Source: an uncultured Phycisphaerales bacterium
GTDB lineage: Bacteria; Planctomycetota; Phycisphaerae; Tepidisphaerales; Tepidisphaeraceae
Length of the DNA stretch: 64,000 nucleotides
Direction of reading: 5' to 3'
Assembly (NCBI GenBank): GCA_963844715.1
Contig: CAWJPJ010000007.1
Coordinates: 992,001-1,056,000, forward strand
Shown here piece after piece: positions 33,710 to 44,264 of the stretch; positions within the stretch are counted from its first letter, which is position 1; each line of letters starts with the position of its first letter. Made by a program: the position numbers and the translations under genes. The notes below the pieces were generated by a model. It saw only the letters and a program-made list of their open reading frames with translations. It did no database searches and was not told where the DNA came from.

Positions 33710-34641
33710 ATCCTTTTCAACTTGACCCGGCGCTGGAGTCTTTGGACATCTTTCATCAAAAATATCCCTGATCCCGGCACGAGGGCGTTCGCCGTCGCGC
33801 ACGCCGTGGCAAGGCGGCACGCCTCGGGGACCTCTCGGCCATGACTAATCTCCCGGCTCAATCCCGCCGCAAACGCGTCTCCGCTCCCGATCGCGGATAC
33901 CGCGTCGATCTTCAAACCGGGGATTTCCCAGAAGGTCTTTCCATCACAAACCCATGCCCCGGCGCGTCCCAGGGTTACAATCACCCACTGGGCCCCCATA
34001 TCGCACAGGCCAAGCATGGCCCGCCGCAAGCCGGCGGCACTGTCCAGCGATCGTCCCAACGTCGCGGCCAATTCGGATCGGTTCGGCTTAACGACCAGGG
34101 GACGCTGTTCCAAGGCGCGCAACATTTCGTTCCCTCGCGCATCCAGAATGACGTTGACGCTATTCCTTCTGGCTGCCGCGCAGCAGTCGGCATAAAAATT
34201 CGCATGAACCCCCGGCGCCAAAGATCCCGAAAAAATCGCCATCTTTGACCCGGGCAGAACGCGCAGGAATTCCCGTTTCAACCCGGCAATTTCGGTCTTC
34301 CGCAATCTCTCGGATTCCTGCACCAGCTCGGTCGCCTCTTTCCGCGATTGATCGATCGCCGTCACGCACGTCCGCGTGCCCGCTCGCGTCTCCACAATGC
34401 GGCTTTCGATTTCCGATGCTTTCAAATCAGCTAGAAAGATTCTGCCTGAGTCTCCCCCGACCGGCGCACAAGCCACGGCTTCTTCTCCAAGCGTCTTCAG
34501 CCCGCGCCAACGTTGATTGACTTCCCCGAAGCATGATAGAAAACCTTCGTCGCCCGATTCACTTCCCCCTCGGCCAGGCGAGAAAAAATCATCGTCCCTT
34601 GCAATGCCGGCGTTGTTCCAAGGCAAACGTGCACAATTCAT
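33706..34641 (-). CDS. PfkB/1-phosphofructokinase-family sugar kinase, 5' frameshifts
   Basis: SGSL, VVKPNRSEL, SAIGSGDAFAAG; N-terminus CLGTTPALQ and ASGKSINV found in other frames. Confidence 0.85.
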   Translation of the reverse strand: MNCARLPWNNAGIARDDDFFSPGRGGSESGDEGFLSCFGEVNQRWRGLKTLGEEAVACAPVGGDSGRIFLADLKASEIESRIVETRAGTRTCVTAIDQSRKEATELVQESERLRKTEIAGLKREFLRVLPGSKMAIFSGSLAPGVHANFYADCCAAARRNSVNVILDARGNEMLRALEQRPLVVKPNRSELAATLGRSLDSAAGLRRAMLGLCDMGAQWVIVTLGRAGAWVCDGKTFWEIPGLKIDAVSAIGSGDAFAAGLSREISHGREVPEACRLATACATANALVPGSGIFLMKDVQRLQRRVKLKRI

Positions 34642-34652
34642 TCCTCGCTTGG

Positions 34653-34880
34653 CTACAGCAACGAACGGAATGTCTCCTCGGTCAACCCCGCCTGATTGAT
34701 AATCTTCTTTACCAATCCCCGACCCAGATCCCCCGGATGCATCGGCACGCCTGTCAGGAGTTTTTTGCTCTCGTGCCAAAGATAGAGGTGACTGCCTTTT
34801 TGGTTAATTTCCCGGAATCCCCCGCGCTTCAATGCTGCGACAACTTCTTTGGCTGTCAACGTCGGAAGCCGCCGGCTCAC
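34653..34880 (-). CDS. hicA: HicA-family toxin
   Basis: LKRGGF...QKGSH...VPMHPGDL; 75 aa. Confidence 0.9.
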   Translation of the reverse strand: MSRRLPTLTAKEVVAALKRGGFREINQKGSHLYLWHESKKLLTGVPMHPGDLGRGLVKKIINQAGLTEETFRSLL

Positions 34881-35179
34881 GCCGGCACCCGTAGCTTAAC
34901 CTGCACCTTTCCGATCATCGCGTCCTCGCGCCCCGCCTCCTCTGGAATCGGCTCGCCGAGTTTGGCCAGCGATTCCAAATATCCTTCGATCGCTTCCCGG
35001 GCACGCTCCATGCACTGCTCAACCGTCTTGCCTTGCGTAAAGCATCCCGGCAACGCTGGAACCTCCACCCAGAAAGATTCCTCCCCGGCTTCGCCAGGAT
35101 GAATCACGACGGTGTATTTCAGCGTTACCACCGAATTGGACCGTGGCCGAATGCTCTTTTGGACATGACGTTTGGCCAT
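34877..35179 (-). CDS. hicB: Short HicB-family antitoxin
   Basis: VEVPALPGCFTQGKTVEQCMERAREAIEGYLE; ATGA overlap with hicA. Confidence 0.9.
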   Translation of the reverse strand: MAKRHVQKSIRPRSNSVVTLKYTVVIHPGEAGEESFWVEVPALPGCFTQGKTVEQCMERAREAIEGYLESLAKLGEPIPEEAGREDAMIGKVQVKLRVPA

Positions 35180-35213
35180 AATATCGTTCCAGGCAGCGCA
35201 TTAACCCAAGTAC

Positions 35214-36043
35214 TTAGGGCCTGTCTGATGAATCCAAAATCCTGAAATAGCGACGGATCATGGCGAGCTTGGCCATGGCCTGAAAGTTCACCGCCAGTTT
35301 CTCGTAACGCGTGCCCAGGCGGCGATTCTCCTTCATCCAATTCACGCAACGCTCCACCACGTTCCGTCGGCGATACGCCTTGCGATCAAAGTTCTCCTGC
35401 GGCGGCTGATTCGATTTCGCCGGGATCACCGCTTGGATTCGGTGGCGACGCAGCCATCGCCGCACATTTCCGTAACTGTATCCCTTGTCGCCCGCCAGCC
35501 TCCTGGGGCGACGACGGCGGCGACCGATGCGCATCGCGTTCATCACCGGCTCCACGTACCGGCTCTCGTGGCATTGGCCGGCGCTGGCCTCGACGGCGAG
35601 CGGAACTCCCTGGCCGTCAGTAACCAGGTGGAGCTTGCTGCCCCACCCGCCTCGGCTGCGGCCCAACGCGTGATCCGCCGGTTCTTCCGGGACGGTTTTG
35701 ATTTTCTGGCTCCGGCGGCGGATCGACTGGCTCGCACATTGGTGCCGTCGATGCACCACAGGTCCCAGTCGATTCGTCCTTGCTTGTCCAACCTCATCTG
35801 CAGCCGCTGGAGGATTCGATCAATCGTTCCGTCCTTTCTCCAGCGGTTGAAGCGGTCGTAGACGCTTTGCCATCTGCCGTAACGTTCGGGCATCTCGCGC
35901 CATTGAGCGCCCGAGTGCAGAATCCAGAACATGCCGTTGAGCGTGGTGCGGTGGTCGTTCCACTGCCCGCCGCGCTTGCCGTTGCCGGGCAGCAGATCGC
36001 CGATCAACTCGTACTGCTCATCCGTGAGCTCATAACGTCGCAT
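35214..36043 (-). CDS. IS5-family DDE transposase split over two frames
   Basis: YELTDEQY, SGAQWREMPERYG, IDGTNVRA, GRSRGGWGSKLHL, GDKGY, RNVVER, LGTRYEK. Confidence 0.9.
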
Positions 36044-36103
36044 CCGTGACACCTCGTCTGAAAACCGCTATTTATAACCAAAAGCGATTCATCAGACAGG
36101 CCC
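35217..36103 (-). mobile_element. IS5-family insertion sequence (IS427-like group), 887 bp
   Basis: 18-bp perfect terminal IRs GGGCCTGTCTGATGAATC / GATTCATCAGACAGGCCC, flanked by TA at 35215-35216 and 36104-36105. Confidence 0.92.
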
Positions 36104-36158
36104 TAGTTGCGTTGAGCCTCGCATACCCTGAGTGCCGCTGTCAAGCGGATTCGGTTTC

Positions 36159-36627
36159 CTACATCTCCATCAACATTTCGACCGTGCTGACCCGAAATCC
36201 GCAAGACGCGAACAGCTTTCTAGCCGGCTCATTCGCCGCTGCGGTGTCGAGGCGGACTTGTTTCATGCCCAGGGTGGCGAATTTTTCGACCGCCGCCATG
36301 ACCAATTGCCGGCCGATGCCTTCATGCCGGAAATCTTCTTCGACCCAAAGATCGTGGATGAAGCCGAATTCCTTGAGGCGATAGATCGGGATCTCTTTCT
36401 CCACCGTCCCGATGAGGAACCCCGCCAATCGCCCCTTCCCATCGTCCGCAACAAGGAAAACGGCGTTCTGCTCCCCAGCCTGTTTCCCAAGCCACCATTT
36501 GTATCGCTCCTCCGGATGCGGCAAAAACCCGTATTTCGCGGGGTCCCACGCCTCGTGAAGCGCAGATTTTCGCCACCATTGGCAGTACGCCGTCCACATC
36601 GCCGGGTTGCGCGGGCCGAATCTCCAT
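36159..36627 (-). CDS. GNAT N-acetyltransferase, frameshift near 36555
   Basis: MEIRPA start; IHDLWVEEDFRHEGIGRQL and NEPARKLFASCGF. Confidence 0.85.
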
Positions 36628-36701
36628 ACGACACCGGCCGGGAATATACCTCGCGGCAGGGATTTGAAATAATCGTCCGGCCAGTCAGAATGGAAGCATC
36701 G

Positions 36702-38163
36702 ATGCGGCGAAAACTGTACATGGAGACCTTCGGCTGCCAGATGAACGTCCTGGACAGCGAGCTTGTTCTCGGCCAGCTCCGCGCCCACGGCTATGAGTCC
36801 GTGGCCGACCGCGATTCCGCCGACGTCATCATCTACAACACCTGCTCGGTGCGCGACCATGCCGAGCAAAAAGTCTGGTCGCGCCTGGGGAACTCCGGCC
36901 GCGCAAGGCCGCCGACCCGGGCCTCATCATCGGCGTCATCGGCTGTCTTGCCGAGCGCGACGGGAAAAATCTCTTCCGCAAATATCCGCATGTCGATCTC
37001 CTCTGCGGCCCCGGCGAATTGGATAAGCTCGCCTCTCTTGTTCACAACGCGGCCGTTACATCTATCGATGATCGCCCCCGGCATCAATCGGCCCTGATGG
37101 GCGCCAATACCCGCCGCAGTTCGACGCTCGCCACCGCTGAAGATTCACTCGAAATGCTCGATCTTTCGCGTAGCTTCTCCTCATCAGAGGCGATCGCTCA
37201 GGCCTATGTCCGAATCACGCGCGGCTGCAACAAATTCTGCACCTACTGCGTCGTCCCCTACACGCGCGGCCCGGAAGTCCATCGCCCTCCTCAAAACATC
37301 ATCGACGAAGTCAAAAAATTAACCGACGCCGGCGCGATGGAAGCGACCCTGCTGGGTCAGACGATCAACCATTACGCTTACCAACATCCCGACGGGCGGA
37401 CGACCAGCTTCGCCGAATTACTCTACGCCGTTCACGAAGCGGTTCCCAAACTCCCGCGCCTGCGTTTCGTCACCAGTTTCCCGCGCGATTTCACGGATGA
37501 AGCGCTCCAGGCGATGCGGGACTGTCCACGCATTTGCCGATACCTCCATGTTCCCGCCCAGCATGGCTCTGATCGCATCCTCAAAATGATGAACCGCGGC
37601 TACACCGCCTCGCAATACCGCGATTTTCTGGGCCGGGCCAGGCAATATATGCCGGATATCTCCCTCGCCAGCGACTTTATCGTCGGGTTCCCTACCGAAA
37701 CTGACCATGAGTTCCGGCAAACCGTCGAACTGCTTCGCCAGAGCCGCTTTAAGAACAGCTTCATCTTCAAGTATTCCCCGCGCCCCGGCACCGCCGCGAT
37801 CGATCGCTATGATGACGACATCCCCGAGCCGGTGAAACGCGACCGAAACAACCAGCTTCTGGCCGCCCAGCAAGCCGTCAGCGAGGAATTGAATGCTCAG
37901 ATGGTCGGCCAGGAAGTCGAGGTGCTCGTCGAAGGCCCCAGCAAGCTGCACTCCGCCCGCCCGCCGGCGGTGGGGCGGTTGAGTTAGCATGGGAGATCAG
38001 AAATGGCGCAGACTCAAATGCCCATAGTCAATTGGTAGCGCGAACGCGAGGCGATCAAGTCGTCGTCTTTGATGGTGCGCAGGAACTCGCCGGCAAGATA
38101 TTGAAATTGAAAATCGCCGACGCCAGAAACATGACCCTCTTCGGCCGGCAGTTTACCGATTAG
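36702..38163 (+). CDS. miaB: tRNA-2-methylthio-N6-isopentenyladenosine synthase MiaB, frameshifts near 36890-36910 and 37960
   Basis: TFGCQMNVLDSE, NTCSVR, GCNKFCTYC radical-SAM motif, DFIVGFPTET, YSPRPGT and TRAM domain. Confidence 0.92.
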
Positions 38164-38585
38164 CCCCCGCGCACAATCAATACGATCCACGCCACCATAA
38201 AGGTCGGCGGCAGCAGCACCGGCGCCAGCATTCCGAGAAAACGGGTCCCGCAAGTTCCTTGAAGCGCGGGCAATCCGGTCTCTCGTGCAGCGTCCAGCCA
38301 AGGTGAAAATCCGCGGCGCAAATCGCGCATCACTTTCAGTCCCGCAAATATCGACAGCGATATCAGCGCCCCCGCGATGATGGCGATGAGAGGAATAACT
38401 TTAAGCAGCAGCGCCATCCGCGGCGGACTGCTGATCAATATCGCGTACGCCGTAAACAGAAACGACTGACTCGTCAGAAACCAACTCAGCCGCTGCGTGA
38501 TAAGGTTGTCCTCGTGTTGAATCTGCCCGCGGACTTGGTTGTATCGATCAACGAGGCCAATGGAAGAATTTTGCTGCTGTGTCAT
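38160..38585 (-). CDS. Hypothetical 3-TM membrane protein
   Basis: HEDNLITQRLSWFLTSQSFLFTAY followed by hydrophobic helices. Confidence 0.65.
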   Translation of the reverse strand: MTQQQNSSIGLVDRYNQVRGQIQHEDNLITQRLSWFLTSQSFLFTAYAILISSPPRMALLLKVIPLIAIIAGALISLSIFAGLKVMRDLRRGFSPWLDAARETGLPALQGTCGTRFLGMLAPVLLPPTFMVAWIVLIVRGG

Positions 38586-39125
38586 CGCGTCTAATCCAAA
38601 TTCCTCATAGCCGTCTCAATCCATGTAATCCAAACAATCCATATAACCGGCAGGAGTACTCGGAAAGGGGCTTCTCAACGCCGATTTTTCATCATAACTC
38701 ATTATTTTGGAGTGCCATAAAATCGATCGTATCGGCTGGTTTTTTCGGAGCGTTTGACATGTATTTTCCACACTCGAAGACGGCTCGGGGCTTTCATCTT
38801 TTTATAATCCCAATTATAAACGGCTTTTGACGGTAAGCCCGGTCACAAACTTCTCCTGAATAATGGGGTGAGCAGGAGATAGTAAGTCACCATATTGGCT
38901 GCCGACGAGTTGGCTGCGGTTTGTTCTGGAGCGGCCCGTTTTGTCCGATATTGAGGCTATGGGCCTTATTCGATTCTTGGTATCGCGAGGAGGCATGGCG
39001 CCTTCGCCGCGTTCTGTTCCGACCTACGATGTTGTTGGAGGCCACTGTTCCAGAGGCACTTGCGCTGATGGGCATCGGCGCATCAAACTGCCTAGTGTTG
39101 CGCACCGTAAGGAGTGAGACGATCT

Positions 39126-39373
39126 ATGGCTTCGAATCGAGCGATTATGCGCATCCAATTGGATGCGTCGGCAAAGACCGAACTGGATAAAATCTGCGAC
39201 AAGAGGGGGATGACGCAGATCGCGGTCATGAGCCGACTCGTCGGCTGGTTCGTGCGCAGGACGACGTCATTCAAACCGCCGTCATGTCGACACTTACGGA
39301 TGGCGCAATGGCGCACCTTGCCAAACAGATTCTCAAGCGCGCCTCCTCTGAGCGCGGCGACGACGGCAAGTAA
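39126..39373 (+). CDS. Small RHH-like DNA-binding protein, paralogue 1 (frameshift near 39257)
   Basis: RAIMRIQL...CDKRGMTQIAVMSRLVGWF aligns with the next gene. Confidence 0.7.
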
Positions 39374-39461
39374 CAAACTAGCCTTCCCAGGGATTTCTCG
39401 TTAACCTTTGGGTTAGCTCTTTCCAATTGTTCTACCTCTTTTTTTCGAGGAACCTCCGCCT

Positions 39462-39713
39462 ATGGCCAACTCAAGCCAACCCCGACGCGTCATCATGCGG
39501 ATCGAATTATATCCGCACGCCAAGACCGGCCTCACACATATGTGTGACCGCCTCGGCATGACACAGGTTGCCGCCACCAGCCGCGTCATCGAGTGGTTTA
39601 CCGCCCAATCCGATGTGGTCCAGGCCGCGATTCTCGGCCTCTATCCCAAGGACATCCGCGCGGAAGTCGCTGAGATGATCCTTAAGAAAATGGCCTCAGA
39701 ACGCCGCAAGTAA
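39462..39713 (+). CDS. Small RHH-like DNA-binding protein, paralogue 2
   Basis: RVIMRIEL...CDRLGMTQVAATSRVIEWF; GAGG RBS upstream. Confidence 0.75.
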   Translation: MANSSQPRRVIMRIELYPHAKTGLTHMCDRLGMTQVAATSRVIEWFTAQSDVVQAAILGLYPKDIRAEVAEMILKKMASERRK

Positions 39714-39727
39714 GCCCCGTCTTAATT

Positions 39728-41035
39728 TCAGAACTCGCCGGCTGACGGTCGCTCCCTCGCGGATCCGCTAATGGATTTCCGCGCCTGCCCCGCCGCCAGG
39801 GTTTCCTCGATTTTCTCGATTCCCCGCAGAATATCCGCCGCTGAATTAAAGGCCGGATGCGCCGGATCGGCAGGCCTCAGGATTTGGCTGGTCATTTCCG
39901 AAAGCAATTTCGCCTCTTCGCTCTCTTTGTCATAGCGGATCAGTTCCTTCAATTCCGGGTTGCTGTGCGGGGAGTTGACCTGCACGGCAAGGTAAAAGAA
40001 ATCGACCGCCTTATCGACCTTGTGCAACCCGCCGCAGATGGTCTCGCTCGTCACCAATCCGCTTTGCGTCATTTTCAGCAGCATCCGCTGGATTTCGCTC
40101 GTCCGCATCAGTTCTTCGAACAGCCCCGACAGCAGGGGGCTTGCCGCCAAATCCTCTCCCACGCGCACCGCCGACCCAAAATCCACGAATCCGACTCCGC
40201 CCGGCGTAATCACGAAATTGTCCAATCGCAAATCCAGATGGATCACCCCCACTTCATCGTGCAAAACCCGCAGCAAATCCGCGCTCTGATGAGCAAACTG
40301 CAATTGCGAAATCGGGCTTCCCCCGTTTCGCAGCCATTGGAGATGCAGTCGCCGGGCAAATCCCTTCGGATCGACTTCCATATCCAGCAACTGCGGAATC
40401 CGCTCCTGGTACGGCCCGGCAAGATCGCGGTTGATGATCTTTAAAATGGCCGCTTCCCGCGTCAGAAATACCGGGAAAATCTTCTCCGAGAATTTTCTCG
40501 CCCGTCTTTCGAGGATCTCATCCGACAACTCCGGCCATTTGCTGTGCAGCCGCGCCTTCACCTGCTCGATCGTCGGCACTTCCTTCACGACTCGATATCC
40601 GTGCCCATCGTTACCATGGCTCAAATAGACGTGATACGTAAACCGATCCGACAAGTGCCCCGGCTGAACCAGTTGCACCTTCCGAGCCAAAAAATACCAG
40701 ACCGACCTGCGAAGAAAGGGAATGAACCCGCGATGAATGACGCCGATTTTCCCGATCGTTTCAAACCCGCGCTCCGCCAGGTGAATATTGAACTTAACGG
40801 CGTCGTGCCGATCCGCACTGACATAGAGCAGCAGTCCCCCCCAGCGCAGACGATCGAATAATTCACGAGCCGAATGTTTTTGATCCGACGTGCAGATGAT
40901 GGCGTCGGCCAGCTCCCCGCGCGTCAATCCCTCCGACCGCTTCGGCGCCGCCCGGGCGAATTCCTCGTTCTCAGCGAACACCCGGCGCATGACCGCCGAG
41001 ACATCCTCCGCCGCGATGGGCAGTTGGCCGCTCAT
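39728..41035 (-). CDS. Atypical protein-kinase-like protein
   Basis: VVKE, REAAIL, IHLDLRLDNF and FVDFG kinase-fold motifs. Confidence 0.7.
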   Translation of the reverse strand: MSGQLPIAAEDVSAVMRRVFAENEEFARAAPKRSEGLTRGELADAIICTSDQKHSARELFDRLRWGGLLLYVSADRHDAVKFNIHLAERGFETIGKIGVIHRGFIPFLRRSVWYFLARKVQLVQPGHLSDRFTYHVYLSHGNDGHGYRVVKEVPTIEQVKARLHSKWPELSDEILERRARKFSEKIFPVFLTREAAILKIINRDLAGPYQERIPQLLDMEVDPKGFARRLHLQWLRNGGSPISQLQFAHQSADLLRVLHDEVGVIHLDLRLDNFVITPGGVGFVDFGSAVRVGEDLAASPLLSGLFEELMRTSEIQRMLLKMTQSGLVTSETICGGLHKVDKAVDFFYLAVQVNSPHSNPELKELIRYDKESEEAKLLSEMTSQILRPADPAHPAFNSAADILRGIEKIEETLAAGQARKSISGSARERPSAGEF

Positions 41036-41044
41036 TGCGGATGA

Positions 41045-42450
41045 TCAGGCGACTCCAGCCGTCCCCGTCTCGATCGGCGCCGACACGAATTCCCGCGGAT
41101 CGGTGACGAATCCCTTGATTGCGCTGGCCGCCACCGTCAGCGGCGAGGCGAGATACACCGCCGACTTCGTGCTTCCCATTCTGCCTGGAAAATTCCGATT
41201 CGTCGTACTGATGCAGACCTCGCTCTTTTGCAGCCTGCCAAACGTATCCCCCGGCCCGCCCAGGCAAGCCGCGCATCCGCTCGCGCCGACCAGGCACCCG
41301 GCATCCACGAGCACATCCTCGATGCTCTTTTCGTTCGGACCTTTCTCCGCCCCACGCAGATTCAGGCGCTTCATATCCGCGTGCACTTCCGTGCTGCCGG
41401 GAACAACGAAAGTGGGAATCTTCACGCGGTTTCCCTTGAGAATATTGGCCGCGAAGATCATGTCCGTGATCTTTCCGCCCGTGCAGCTTCCGATGTAAGC
41501 CTGGTCGAGCTTCACATCCCGGCAGTTGTAGGCCGTGTCGCGATTGTCCGGAGAATGCGGCTTGGCGACCAGCGGCTCGAGCGTCCCCAGATCCCATTCC
41601 GTCTCAAAAACATACTCCGCATCCGCGTCCTCACGGACCACTTCCCAATTCGGCCGCTTGCTGCGCACCGCACATAACGCAGGGTCTTTTCATCGACATC
41701 GCAGATGCCGTTTTTTCCGCCCGCTTCGATGGCCATGTTGGTCAGGGTCATGCGGTCTTCGAGGGTCAGCGACGAAATCCCGTCTCCGGCAAAGTACATG
41801 CTCCGGTACGTCGCCCCATCGACGCCGATCTCTCCGATGACCGCCAGGATCAAATCCTTCGCTGTCAGATACGGCGGGATCGACCCGTGGAACGTGAACT
41901 TCATGGTGGGGGGGACCTTCAGCCAGGTTTTCCCCGTCCCCAGCGTAAACGCGGCATCCGTGTTCCCCACGCCGATGGAAAATTGCCCAAAGGCCCCGGC
42001 CGTGCACGTGTGACTGTCCGTCCCCATCAAAATCTCGCCCGGCCGGATATGCCCCTCCTCCGGCAGCGCCTTGTGGCAGACTCCCTTGTAGCTGGTCTTG
42101 GTCGGGTCCCGATACGGATTGGGCATCGTCGGCTCTGCCTTTACGAACTCCGCGTCGTAGAAATATTTCAGACCCTGCTCCTTCACGAAGTCGCGAAGGA
42201 TCTGCACGTTGCGATGGCACTTCTGATCGGCCGTAAAGATATAGTGGTCCGGGATGATCACCACGCGATCGACATCCCAAACCTTCGCCTTGGGCCCAAA
42301 CTGCTCATAAAAAATTCCGATGGTTCCCGGGCCGCACACATCGTGCGTCATCAAAACGTCCACATCCACCCAGACGTTCTCGCCCGGCTGAACCCTCTGT
42401 TTTCCAGAGTGCTTGGCCAGAATCTTCTCCGTCATCGTCATGCCCGGCAT
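41045..42450 (-). CDS. leuC: 3-isopropylmalate dehydratase/homoaconitase large subunit (LeuC/HacA type), frameshift near 41672
   Basis: MTMTEKILA, DSHTCTAGA, IGSCTGG, CAACLG and STTNRNFPGRMG. Confidence 0.9.
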
Positions 42451-42529
42451 TTCAAGTATCTCCAATTCGACTACGTTAACGGCCGCACTTGTGCGGCGTG
42501 TTTCCAGCACCACATTATATCACCCCCGC

Positions 42530-43391
42530 TCATACCTCGTCCAAACGGAAGAATTTGTTGCGATACCCGCTCCCGATGTTGATTGCGTCGATTTGTCCCA
42601 CGCGCGCCCGGCTCGGAAAATGGCTATGCCCGCAGTAAACCCGCTTCACATTGCCAAATTTGAGCAATAACTCCCCAATTTTCCCGCTTCCCAGATAGGC
42701 CTTTCCAAAATCCCATTGCGCTATGCGAAGGGGGCAAAAGCTGTGCAAAGGGCAGGCAATGCACCGCCGCCACCACCCGATCGGCATCCGAAACCCGGTG
42801 CAAATGCTCCTCCAGTTTCACAAGCACCTCGTCCAAAAACGCCTCATCGCTTCGGCCGAGTTTTACGTAAACGCCGTCGTTCCATCGGGCGAACAATTCG
42901 ATCATGTCGGGCGGAATATCGTCCGTCCGCGCGAGCAGATCGGCGAACTCCGCATGCCGCTGCGCCACGCCCGGCGAAACTTTTCTTTCGTAAAACCGCC
43001 GCGGAATTCCCAGCTCCGCCTGCGCGAACGAATAGTCGTACCATCCGAGCGATCCCACGATCGCCGCATCTCCAAATCGGAACGGCTCATCGGTCAGCCA
43101 ATGCCACCCGGCCTCCCGGCAGCGGCGGGGGAGTTCCTCGTTCAATATCGCATAACTGTCCGCGCGATTTGTCCACAATTCGTGATTTCCCGGCACCAGC
43201 AATTTCGGCCCCTCAAACTTGAACAACGAAAGACACTCTTCGAGGTCCTTGCCATCCGCGACTGCCGTATCCCCGACCACAAGCAAAACATCCGCCTGAC
43301 CCGCGGCGTTCATACGCTCGATCAAGTCAATCGCCTCCCGGTGGGACCGGACGTGATTGAAATGAAGATCGGCGGTAATCAGGATGCGCAT
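42530..43391 (-). CDS. Calcineurin-like metallophosphoesterase, 3' frameshifts
   Basis: ADLH, VGD, PGNHE and GHSH motifs. Confidence 0.85.
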
Positions 43392-43519
43392 GCCATGGGA
43401 CAGATTAATCGGTTTCGCCTCGACTGCCGAGTGCACCGGGCCGGCTTTGGTAACTCCTTGCGGGCCGAGTCCCTCCGGCTATAGTCATTTTCGACACCCT
43501 TTTTTGAGAGGAAACGTCT

Positions 43520-44261
43520 TTGCCCGCGCCTCCGCTATCCGTTCAGGACGTCACCAAGCGCTTCCGCCAGGGAGATCGCCTCGTCACCGCTCTTTCTTCG
43601 ATCACGCTGGACATTCAGCACGGCGAATTTCTGGCCATCATGGGCGCCAGCGGTTCGGGCAAAAGCACGCTCCTCCATCTCATGGCCGGTCTCACTCGGC
43701 CCGACTCGGGCAAAGTCCAAATCGCGGGCGAAGACCTCGCCCAAATGCCCGACCGTGAACTCACCATCTTCCGCCGAAGAAAAATCGGGCTGGTCTTTCA
43801 GGCATTCAATTTGATTCCGACTTTGAGCGCCGAAGAAAACGTCGCCATGCCCCTCATGCTCGACGGCGTCAATGGCTCCACTGCCTCCGGAAGGGTCGAG
43901 CACCTCATCAATCAGCTTGGCCTGGGAAACCGCCGCACGCATCGGCCGGACGCGCTGCAGCGGCGGCGAGCAGCAGCGTGTCGCCATCGGCCGGGCTCTG
44001 GTCGCGGATCCCGCCGTGCTTCTCGCCGACGAGCCGACGGGAAATCTCGACAGCGCCAGCAGCAAATCCGTTTGCGAGCTTCTGCGCGATCTGTCGCAAA
44101 CCGGCGGACGCACTATCGTGATGGTGACTCACGAACCGTCCGTCGCCGCATATGCCACACAGGTCGCCGTGCTCCGCGACGGCCAGCTTGTCGCGAAATT
44201 TCCAACAGGCGGCGCCGGCGGGCAGGAACTCGCAGCCCGCTATCAGGAAGCCCTCAAATAA
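43520..44261 (+). CDS. ABC transporter ATP-binding protein (LolD/MacB type), frameshift near 43958
   Basis: [33 protein letters not shown]. Confidence 0.92.
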
Positions 44262-44264
44262 CCG

